Shown here piece after piece: positions 11,733-22,384 of a stretch of DNA of 45,526 nucleotides. The position numbers were made by a program, and so were the translations under genes. How positions within the stretch are numbered: the stretch's first letter is position 1; every line of letters starts with the position of its first letter. The stretch covers positions 1-45,526 of the forward strand of contig NW_021834799.1 of NCBI RefSeq assembly GCF_006345805.1. Direction: 5' to 3'. This DNA is from Octopus sinensis. Taxonomy: Eukaryota. The notes under the pieces were generated by a model that did not search any database, was not told the DNA's origin, and saw only the letters and a list, made by a program, of their open reading frames with translations.

Positions 11733-13700
11733 TTAAAACAAATATACCAGTGGCCTTCTTCGTAATAACCATTGTATTTCTGTATGTAGCAACAAATTCT
11801 TATAACTTGCTCCCATTTCATCGCATAGAGAATTAAAAATTATAGAATTCTTAGATCGAGTTTTTATATAATAAATCATTTTTATGACATCATTCATAAC
11901 TGATTTCAAAGCAGGCGGGAGAGTTTTCAAAAGCAATACTTCAAGATGTAAAAACAATTTGTAGAAAGACATGGCTCTTCCTGCATTCCTCTCCTCACGT
12001 GCGAGCTCCCAAGCCCTCATCACCCAAATCCTACGTAACTCTCGCGGATTGGAAGAGGACCGGGTTTTCTCTGGAGCTTGCGAATTCTGGAAGGGATCTG
12101 GATTGGCCATTCCATCTAACATTTCACGCCAATGGGAATGGGATGATATCTCCAGCAAAGCTAAAATGGAAGCAATCAGACCTACATTGGATCAGCATCG
12201 CCTCGCTTGTTTCGGTGCCGCTGCCAGACCTGAAAGTGGGGCGTGGCTTAATGCCCTCCCTTGCTCCCAATCTGGAACCCTTCTCGATAATGACTGTGTG
12301 AGGATTGGCGTAGCAATACGCTTGGGACTTAATGTCTGTTCGGGGGGCCAATGCCGATGTGGTAGTAAAGTCGATACCAAAGGACTACATCCCCTGTCAT
12401 GCAGAAGGAGTGCTGGCCGTGCTCCCAGACACTCCGCTATCAACGAGACTATTTCGGCTGCGGTACAAGCAGCTGGATTCCCGACAGAACTGGAACCCGT
12501 TGGACTTGACCGTGGAGACAGTAAACGCCCAGATGGAGTCACCATTTTCCCGTGGAATAATGGGAAATGCCTCGCGTGGGACTCCACGTGCACAGACACC
12601 TTCTCAAAGACCAATATAGTTGACTCCGCGATCAGTCCAGGCTCAGCCGCTGAGAAGGCTGAGGCACATAAAGTTCAGAAATATTCCAACCTGTTGGACA
12701 ACTTCATCTTCTCCCCGATATCCGTAGAAACCTCCGGGGTCATGAGCCAAAAATCGTTCGAACTCGTCGGGAAAATCGGGGATCTGATCTCGAGAAGACG
12801 GAGAGAGCCTCGGGAGAAGCAATGGTTGTTCCAAAGAATATCCATTGCGATCCTGAGGGGCAACGTCTTCTCGATCATCAGTAGCTTTAGATTGTGATAA
12901 TCATTTTCGATCTCTTTGTCTTAAAAAAAAATTTATTTGTAGAAAGTATTTGATCATTCTGTGCTTTTAACAAAAAAATCTGAATTTAATTATATAAAAA
13001 CAAAGTAATAAATAATACCTTGCAGAAAAGAAATTGTAAATAATTGTTTCTGACTTTTCAGTACAAATATACATAAATAAGCAACTATGCAATTCTCGCT
13101 ACGTCAGTTGATTCGTCAATTTGCAAAGAATATAAATTGTTTTCCATTATAGATACCACTTGTTCTTCAATATCAAATTTAAATTGTACTAATTCTTTGA
13201 CAAATAATATTGTCAGATAAGTCAATTGTAATATTTTTTTTTCAAATTCCTCACCAAACATTGTTCGAACTATTAATTTACATACTGGAAAGATAAGATT
13301 TTCGGCAATCGTATAGGTTTAATTTTCTTAACAAACATTTCATTTTCTTAGCAAACAATTTCGATACTAGATAATTGTACTTACTCTAGATATGTTAATA
13401 TAATTATTAACAGTACCTATGCTTTTGGTTTAATTCTTTAAAATAATCAATTGAATAATCTTTATATTCCGGGTGCTTAAATGAAAAATATTTCTAAGTT
13501 TAGATAGAACCATTGATTCATTCGACAACACCCCCATGCAAATTAAGCATTGTGATAAACTATTTCCAGTGCCACAACAGTCAAAACCCATAGATAAAAA
13601 AGATGATTTGTAATAACGAATACTTCGTAAGCAACGCTATTATAATTGTTTTATAATAAAAATTTTCAAATCAAAAATTAAAAAAAATAAGTAAATATAC
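11733..13700 (-). mobile_element. Buster-type hAT remnant split by a CRE insertion
   Basis: Right part: BED finger QCLICMGVLSNESM, ENLIFPVC and YSLQIDESTDVA. Across the CRE junction it reads LKAQNDQILSTNC-FLHLE, then KTLPPALK...CDEMGASYKNLLLHTEIQWL. Confidence 0.82.
11969..12934 (+). mobile_element. 5'-truncated CRE-clade non-LTR retrotransposon (CCHC knuckle + restriction-like endonuclease)
   Basis: Uninterrupted ORF 11971-12897 with SGAWLNALP, CRCG..H.LSC..RH, KRPDG...WD.T...E..K..KY and QRISIAILRGN. A9 tail at 12923-12931. 12-bp TSD ATTTGTAGAAAG at 11957-11968 and 12935-12946. Confidence 0.9.
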
Positions 13701-13782
13701 ATCTTCACGCGGCGCAAAATATTTTACAATTGTTTTAAAAGTGACATAAATAATGGAAACAGTTATTAAATAATGTTTATAA

Positions 13783-14371
13783 TCAATCGTCAATAAACAG
13801 ATTTGTCGTTTCAATGTATTCCCCGTCCAAGGGAGAGTAGTCCCTTATTCGGGGAGTGATTGATGGACCATCCACACTCAAAGGAATCAAACTCTTGTCA
13901 ATCTTTAACGCATTCTTATACAGCCACTCACAAGTTTTGCTCAGTTCTATCAGTGCCTCTTTCTCACACTTGACTGCTCTTTGAAAGGCATCCCTTTGTT
14001 CTTTTTTGTCACGTCTTCTTAATTTTGAATAGAATATTGTTTCGAATTGCAACTCGTCGGGGTCAGGGGAACAATCCGTGAGTCGCTTTCGGAGGGGGAT
14101 CTCGGATATAAGTTTAAGGTCAGGTTGTTCTTCAATTATTGGTTTTAGTTGGTTAGTGACACGAGAAAGACGGCGGATTTCTCTGTCCAATTTCTTACGT
14201 GTCCGAATGTCTCGTTCTCGCTGGATTTCAGGGTCAAGACGTTTCTTTTTTTTGATAGGCTCAGAACTGAAATATTTCTTATTAAATCAACCAAAAAATT
14301 GGTGAAAACGACATTTTCTTGCCACCTGTTAGATGGACAGTCCTGGAAAGCTTGAACAGACTGCCCAGCAT
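13783..14371 (-). CDS. MRPL40: Mitochondrial ribosomal protein mL40, 187 aa; exons 14371-14292 and 14266-13783
   Basis: Spliced product MLGSLFKLSR...C|SEPIKKKKRLDPEIQRERDIRTRKKLDREIRRL...LKPI...GPSITPRIRDYSPLDGEYIETT matches the animal mL40 pattern (EPL.KKKK.DP...GP..TPPI..Y.PP.G.Y.D.T). 25-nt GT-AG intron at 14267-14291. Confidence 0.85.
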
Positions 14372-14485
14372 TGACACCACTTAAATAATTTAATTTCCAA
14401 TTAATTTAAAGAATTAACTTTAAACTATATAACATATATTCCAAAATAATCTAATAAAAACAGTGGGATTTATTCCTAGTAATAA

Positions 14486-17400
14486 TCAAAATCTCGATTT
14501 ATCTACACATGAGTGTACATTACAACTCTGCAGAGCCGCACTACAAAACCCATCATCTTGTAGCAACTTTGTCTTAACGTTTTTACTTCCAGGAGGTCGT
14601 CCACGTTTTTTAACAACTGGCTCTTGAATGACAGGGGTAGGCTTCTTCGATGCTTCAAGCGTCTTCTTATTCTTACTTCCTGCTGGCCTGCCTCGACGAC
14701 GAGCTACAATGATGTGAGAGTACAAACTAAAAGTGCAGTCTAACACGTCGGGCTACGATGAGTATATAAAGACAACCGAATTGGAAATGTCGAGGTAGGC
14801 TGCATCAAGTTGGGTGGAGACCCCTCCACTGGTTTCGTCCAAGAGCATCTTGAGGACTTCATTGGGGTTAAATGTCTGGTCCTCGGCAATGTACTGCCCT
14901 CCACTGACTACTGCCTTTTGAATCTATCGGATTAAGAGGGTTCATAAACTTCGCTTTTTTCCCGAGCTCTCTGCATAATTCTGTCCTCAATTGTGTCCTT
15001 ACAAATGAGTCTGTAGACCGTGACTTGCTTGGTTTGTCCCAGTCGGTGTGTTCTGTCCATTGCCTGCATATCCACAGTAGGATTCCAGTCAGAGTCGTAA
15101 AAGATTACCTGGGAAATTAATAAATCAAATACTGTGTCTGCGGCTGTCAAATTAATGCCAATTCCCCCAGCACGTGTGCTCAGAAGGAACACAAAAACAT
15201 CCTCATTGGCCTGGAAGTTTTCGACCATATCTTCTCGTTTATTGATTTGGAGTGACCCGTCAAGTCTAACATACGAAAACCCTCGTAAAGCCATGTAGTT
15301 CTATACTAAGAAGACAAACTCTACCTCGAGAATTGCAATCATTCTCGTCATTTGGGAAAAGATTAATACTCGGTGGTCATCCCTCTTTAGTCTGCATAAC
15401 AGTCTGTCCAGTGCGTACAACTTGCCTGAGTCACTCACCAATAAGGAGGCCACTAAATTGGTTGGGGGAGGTTAGTACGCGGGAGACGTATTTTATTCCA
15501 ATAATTGGACTGTATTTGGTGGAGGAATATTTCTGTCAACCAGCGCTGTTGGTCTTTGGTGAGACAAGAACGGTTAAGTGTAGACAATGTGAGTGATTGC
15601 TCGACAAATCGACTACTGGGACAATATATCTCTCTTGTGGAGCACATAACTTTGTCTTGACATATAAATAGACAGTCGGGATATGATATTGGTTCAGTCC
15701 TGTACTTCGGACGACCATTCTTTGACACGATTTGTACTTTTGAATAACCACAAAAGTTGTTCATATTCAGAAATGACTGATTTGAGAAATAACGGGAAGC
15801 AATGGGTTCCAACAGCATATGTTGAGTGGAAAATGTATTTCCCCACAATAGACTGTGGGTAATTTGTTTGAGGACATCCCTGGACTGGTTGTAGCAAGCA
15901 ATTCTATAAAATTATGACAGGAGATTACCGAATGTCAAATTGTGATGATTTGTGAAGTGAGTACTCCAAGGGAGACAAACCAGTGAAGGCCAGAAAAGAA
16001 AAAGAAGAGTTCAGAGAAACATGAATGTGTTGTGGGTGGAATATATTGAAGAGAGGAAGAGGACGACGTGGTAATAGTAGAGGGATGTTCACGACAGGAG
16101 GAGTGAAATGTTGTGTGGTAAAAATATCCCTCTTTCCAAAGAGGTCTGGATGGTTGCAGACTTTTCGGAATTGCATGACAATGTTCATTAATTGGACTTG
16201 CTGGGAAGACCCAAACCCATGCAGCTGGTGGGGAGAGATTTGGGTCTTCATTGCCTGGTACAAGAGTCGTTGTCGTTTAGAGAGAGGACAGTGGACCATA
16301 ACTTCAATCTTGGATGAGTCGGATGTGGGGTACCTTCTCAAAAAGTTCTGATTCGACGTCCTTTTTGACCCTTCTGAGCATAAACGGGTTTAAAATTGAA
16401 TGTAAACGAAGAAGTTGACCTAAAATGAAGAATGTAGGACAACTCTCGTTTATTTTAGATGGCTGGTCTGCACAGCCCTCAATGTCCTTGGAGAACCAGT
16501 GGTTGAATTCGTCGTGTGAGTCGAAGAGGGCAGGCATGATGAAGTGGAGTAGTGCCCATAACTGAAGTAAAGGGGACTTGTTACCTCCTGCATTGAGTTC
16601 TGAATGGGAGTGCCTGTGAGTAGTAGTCTGTTCCTGCATTTAAGGCTCATCAACGTTCTCCATCGCTGACTGAGAGTGAAGGAGAAAAATAACCTGCTCG
16701 TGCTCTTTATGGCCTGAGCCTCATCCAAAACGACGTACCACCAATTTATTCTTTGGAAGGACTTGAGGTCACGAACAGCAATTTTGTAGCTGGTGATGAC
16801 TACGTGGAAGGACGAGTCCTCGACATTGGCATCCTTCCATAACTGTCGTAACACTTTCCTGTCCTTAATATCGCCCCAGTAGGGAATGGTCTGAGTACTT
16901 ACATTCGACACTCACTTTGAAACGTGGACAGAATTGAGTCATCTCCTTCTGCCAGTTATACAACGTCGAGGACGGGGCAATCACCAGAAATGGTCCCCAA
17001 ATGCCCTTTCTCTACACATATAGTCAAAATATTAACCTCGGCCAAGTATGCAAGAAATGAAATGGTTTGTACTGTTTTACCCAATCCCATTTCATCGGCT
17101 AAAATTCCATTTATTCCCTGTTCGTGGAGGTTAGCCAACCACCTCATTCCCTACCCTTCACATCACATTATACCTTCAGTTGATAACATTTGAGAGTTCC
17201 CATAAACATGTCTGGTTGGGTTATCTCACCCTTGTCTTCTAACATGTCACTTCCCTCTCTCCATATTTGCGAACTGTACAACTCCGTCTGAGTCAACAAT
17301 TCTGACAGTTTCTTCCTCTCCACAACGACTTGCTTCTTTATTTTCTGCTCTACTCCTTTTTCTCCTTCTCTTCTCATACACTCCCGATACACCCGCCTTC

Positions 17401-17773
17401 CCCTACACACACACTCTCGTCTTGCCCGTTCAGAGACAGTTCTCTTCTTTCTGCTCTCTCGTTTCAAATGGCACATTAACTGCCATTTTTGCTACAATTT
17501 ACCTTTCTCATTTTCTCTGATTGTACAAACTCGACATTTTTAGAACGCTTCGCTCCAGTCTCCACAGCTTCTTCCTACCAAATTATCTACTAAGGTAACC
17601 GCCCGTCTTTTCACTTGTGAATTGGCCCAAGGATCAGACGGAGAGGTCCCAAATGGGAAATCTAGAACATTCTTTAGTAAGAAAGAGTTGGTCACTTCGG
17701 GAATAAATGAAGGCCCTGAATCAATCCAGTGGTCATTTTGTAATTTCATTTTGTGTTTATTAGAATTGTTCAT
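14486..17773 (-). CDS. INO80: INO80 chromatin-remodelling ATPase, 17 exons, 965 aa
   Basis: DBINO ([12 protein letters not shown]), [28 protein letters not shown], split-ATPase insertion, SDSGKL, HELICc ([19 protein letters not shown]), [12 protein letters not shown]. Sixteen GT-AG introns: 17575-17599, 17480-17502, 17151-17173, 17012-17036, 16891-16915, 16670-16693, 16562-16584, 16420-16443, 16309-16333, 15904-15928, 15453-15478, 15301-15324, 15109-15132, 14924-14949, 14753-14776, 14704-14727. Exons sum to 2898 nt with no internal stop. Confidence 0.93.
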
Positions 17774-18267
17774 TTAATATAATTTTTATTATTAATTTAT
17801 GTGAGATATTATTTACACAACGACTATTAATATATTTAATATAAAATGAAAAATTATATTTAAAAATTTGTCGAATCGTTTAAAATTTCACATATTTTTA
17901 ATTATTTTTAATTATTTTTGCGTTTTTACTTTGTTTTTTAGATTATATTAAATTTTATATTCAGCTAGCCTCCCTGCCTAAAGACGCATGTTTACTTAGT
18001 AAAATTGTTTTAAATCTTAATTTATTATATATTTATGTTTGCAGTAAATTTAAATAAAATTTTTACTTTGTTTAGCATTTAAAATTTTTGTAATTTGGAA
18101 TTTCAACTTTTATTTCATAAATCGAATTTTTATTTACTTGGTCTGTCAGGAAACCATATAATTTTATTTCTCAAATCCATTTAATATAACCCTGAAAAAA
18201 TTTCATTATAAAAATTTGGAGTTGGGGACTTAAAACTTTTGCAGAACTTCTTATGGAGTTACAATAG

Positions 18268-18560
18268 ATGCCAGAGGCTCTTATGGAAATCATATCGATA
18301 CCCAAAGGAAGAGAGCCATTAAATCCTACGAAGCCTGATCAGATTTCATCTGAGTCCAAAAACGTACATCTACATATACAAGACATGTGTACAATCGATC
18401 TCACTTACGGGTTTGAGGGCTGGTATGACACAGGTGAGAGGGTTTGTCTAATCAACAAACTCGAGAAAGAGGCGTTACGCCATTAAGTTGGCCTACGGTC
18501 TCGATCTCAAAAAAAATTGAATAACTCTTATGAATCTTACGTCCCCAAAATACAGTCCGT
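18268..18560 (+). mobile_element. Decayed LINE reverse-transcriptase fragment
   Basis: IISIPKGREPLNPT resembles vipIPKgk.p..p..yRPI. TYGF and a downstream LDLKK-like segment follow. Confidence 0.4.
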
Positions 18561-19991
18561 CCTGGAGAAGGCGCGGTTGTTTTGTAGTGGACGTCAGATA
18601 TCTAAAGTGTCTATTAGGGAAATATGCTGCTCCGGTGCCTCATTCTTTTTAAAATTTTCCGTCGTCGATAATGGCTAGTTTTTCCTGTCTTCCTAACTAG
18701 TAAAATAAATAAATTGTCATTGTCATTATAAAATTTTTCAATTTTAAAAATACACCTTTTAACTAATCCCTGCTTAACAGCACTTTGAGAAATGATTATC
18801 TAAACACTCATTATTTTAAACAAAAGCTGCCCATTTCAGAAGAGACGCAAAGCAGGTCATTTACAGAGGACCAGTTTTAGTGTTCGATATGTATTTTTTG
18901 GAGATCACGTATCTTTAAACGTGACTACTGCATTTAACACATATTAGAAATAAAAAGTAAAACAAGGAAATGTTAGAATAAATGATTTCCAAAAACTTCC
19001 GCTAAGCACAATTCTCCTCGCATATAAGATTGTCGAAGGGGCAGAGGTTGCAATCTATTGTGAGTAAACTAACTTACCATATGCTTCCTTCCATATCATT
19101 GTTGCGTCGTAGGATGGATCCGTCACTATTTGTATACTTTTTTCATTTATTATGATGGGGAAAAGTGTTATCGTCTCCGTAGTTTTCGTAATCCTTATAT
19201 GAGGATATTTAAGTATACAGTGCGGGTTGGGATTGATTTGCGAATATGCACATTTTCTGGCCTCCATAAATACTAGACAGTGAGTAATTTAAAATACTAA
19301 AGCTTTATTTCATGACGAATTCTAGGATACTGAACAATCTTATTTGATGGCATGTAACTTTTATATTAGAATAAGATTTTTACAGATATTTTAAACTGCT
19401 CAGACGTGCAAACGCGTCTATATCCACAAAAATCATGTTTATACATAATTTCAGTTTTCTAATTATTCAAAATATTTGAATGTACATTAATAAGTATATG
19501 ATTCATCAACCCATCAAATGAGTTGTTTTGTATTCTTTGTAACGAGTTTCCTTCACAGTAACTGGTATTAATAAAATGTTGATTACAAGCTGTGCAAGTT
19601 GATTAACTTGGAGAATATTTCTTGATTGTGTAAGTTAACGCCATTCATAATATAAATAAATGGTACATTTTTCATATCATACTTCGTATCTCCATTGAAA
19701 TCGCAGTCGTACAAATACCTAATTAAAATAAGCAATTGTTCAAAACCCAATTTTTAGATCACATTCAAATTGGATTACCACGCGTACAAAAAGTAGGACA
19801 AGTATAACCATTATAATTCATGTCATATTTTATTGTGAATAAATCATTGGTTAGACATTGAAATAATATATTTATTAAACTGTATTTTTTAATCTATATT
19901 ACTTTTCACTTATTTTCTGAGGCATGATGACAACAATATTTTTTTAATCTGGATTGTACAAATATTTATCCTCTCATTAGATACTGTAGAT

Positions 19992-20523
19992 CAGGGGTTC
20001 TCAACCTTTTTAGCTCAAGGGCCAAATCGATAATTAAGATTAGCTTCGCGGGCCGCACAAAAATATTTTATATATTTTTTATTTTCCATTTTACTAAATA
20101 TATTCGCATAAATATTAGATTCATATATGCATTGTGTGCTATATTTTTGAATTTGTCTGAGGAAATTAATTCGTAAAATTAATAATGGACGCTTTTTTAA
20201 TAATGCCGCAGTTCTATATCATGTTGCAAACTAATGAGTTCTAGTGAAACTTTGCAGGCGCATCCTTAATTTCCACGGTGAATGGAGTACGAATATTTTC
20301 ATTAAAGGAAGGAATTCTTTAAAATTCTAAAAATTAAATTTATAATGTACTCCAAAACGTGCTTCAAATTGATTAATAAATCACCAATTATGGATATGTT
20401 AACCTAAGAATGAATAATTAATTTAAACATTATTAAAAAATTAAAAAATTAGTTACTCTAGGGGCCGCAAAAAAAATCCTGGGGGCCACATGCGGCCCCC
20501 GGGGCCGCATTTGAGAACCGCTG
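19992..20523. mobile_element. hAT (Buster-type) MITE, 532 bp
   Basis: TIRs CAGGGGTTCTCAA / TTGAGAACCGCTG with a perfect 8-bp TSD CTGTAGAT (19984-19991, 20524-20531). Subterminal GGGCCGCA motifs are shared with the elements at 9590 and 31252. Confidence 0.93.
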
Positions 20524-20689
20524 CTGTAGATTGTTCTGAGTGTTTTCTTGAGTCATGATTTTTAATTTTATACTGCGACAATGATCAATCATTATCGTCA
20601 CGTTACTCTTCGTTAAACAATTAAAGAGGATTGAATGTAGCTGAACTTGTTTTAAAAGACCGTCTCTAACCAGTAGCAACAACAAACTG

Positions 20690-21420
20690 TTAAGACGTGT
20701 CAGTTCCGTATCTGTGCAACCCCAAGTGGAGCAGTTATACATTAACACTGGTCTGACAAGAGCATTGTAAAGCCTTGTCCGGAGTTGAACATTCGCTGAT
20801 CCATATGATAGCCATTCCTTCCAGAGTTTGTGCATTGCTGCAGATGCCAGTATTTTTCTCCTTGCAATATCATCACTGTCTCCCAGAAGAGAGCCAGGTT
20901 TTTGTACATGGCGCCATCTTTCAGCGATTTTGTCATTTGATCTTGTTACTTTCATAAGATCAGTTTTTTTCTTTGTTTACATAAGGGAACCATTTTCTTA
21001 ATTGTTTCACTACGAGGCTCGTATCAGCCAGCGGAAAAACGCAAATCTTCAAAGTGTTTTCATCAAAAATATTCTTGAGAACCTGGAATAGTTTATATCG
21101 ACAGAAACTGTCGACCGCTTTTGGTAGGTCAACTCCGAAAATGTGCATTGTTTTCTTGTACTTCTCCAGCAGTTGGTCTTCCCGGTTTGAATCCGCTTTA
21201 ACTTGGCGACAAGTATTAATCAACTAATTTTGATATACCTAAAAAAATTGGAAAACCTGCAGGCTCAATTGAAAACCTAGATCAATCGTGCTTTTGACCG
21301 CTTTGCGAAAAACTCTGTCGATTATAACATTAAATAACTCCTGCCCAAAGAGCTGGAATTAATCTATCATGCGAGAGTAAAAATAGCACCTATGTATTAA
21401 CATAAGATGGGCTGGTAACT
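20690..21420 (-). mobile_element. RTE-like LINE remnant (RT fragments and post-RT domain)
   Basis: HIFGVDLPKAVDS (RT motif), then GSLLGDSDDIARRKILASAAMHKLW...RLYNALVRPVLMYNCSTWG. Boundaries approximate. Confidence 0.72.
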
Positions 21421-22384
21421 CAAAAGTTTCTACAATATACTCGTTCGCTTAACATCAGTGAAAGAACGCACAAATACATTCAATCACTCACATAAAGAAA
21501 ACCCTTGAGAGCATGATTGAAAAAAAGTTGAACCCTAGGAAAGAACGCTTGAACCGGGCAGAAGAATAAACGAGATTTATCACCAAATAAGTGTGTCTTC
21601 AACATTGCCCATGCCTGTCAGTACCTCGAGCGGAAAGAGGCGGGCTTGCCTACCTAAATCACTTTGCGAATAGAGGTGTAACGACCAGAAGAAGTTTAAT
21701 TAATATCTGAATTTTAAATTATCGATTTTAAATATATCAAAAAAGAGAAAGAAAAATTAAGTATATTAACATGATAGAAAAAAATCAACTAGAAAGTAAA
21801 ATTAAAAATTATCGAACGTCAAAAACTAACAAATTTTCGATAAAAATATATAATTCACACAAGATTTTTATCCAAAAAACAATTTTTACTTAATTATTAT
21901 ATCAAGATATATATAAAAATTTACGATGCTATAGAAAATGGCATTAAAAAGAAAGTAGCACTCCAATTATTCAAAGTAACAGCAAAAATTGGTTTTAGGT
22001 TTAACCAATTGAATTCCATGCAAACTGTTCGATATACACATTTCATGATCACCCAAGTTTCACTATACTATTTAAAATTTATTAAAAATATGATAACTCT
22101 ACCGAGCTTGGAAAGTTAAGCCAAGAACTTGTGAAAACCAAAAATGGAATTGGTGTTTTAAAAAAATAGAGCACATTAAAAAACTCTTTCTGAACGATGT
22201 GACAAAAAAATCTAGTAAAATGTATTGCGAATTTGGTAAACATGTCGGTCTGCCTATGTAACACTAAGTAAAAAACATATTTTTATTAACTTCTAGTCAA
22301 AATCGTAAATAATGTTAAAAATGAAAATATTATTAGAATATAGAATAATTTCAATCAAAATGTTAAAAAAAGGTTGTTTCCCCA

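Noticed and set aside
9540-11960. The Buster fragment ending IHCVL (9540) and the opposite-strand HLEVL fragment (11950) as halves of one inverted element
   Set aside because: The minus-strand fragment has its own NC-FLH motif and its own N-terminal part at 12947-13700, so these are separate copies.
11733-12878. Long antisense and alternate-frame ORFs overlapping the CRE ORF, INO80, the TBC gene and ABCF3
   Set aside because: These are shadow ORFs of GC-richer coding DNA with no recognisable motifs.
19055-19267. ORF with a weak likeness to a retroviral aspartic protease (IVTDPSYDATMI)
   Set aside because: It lacks the D(T/S)G catalytic motif and has no gag, RT or LTR context.
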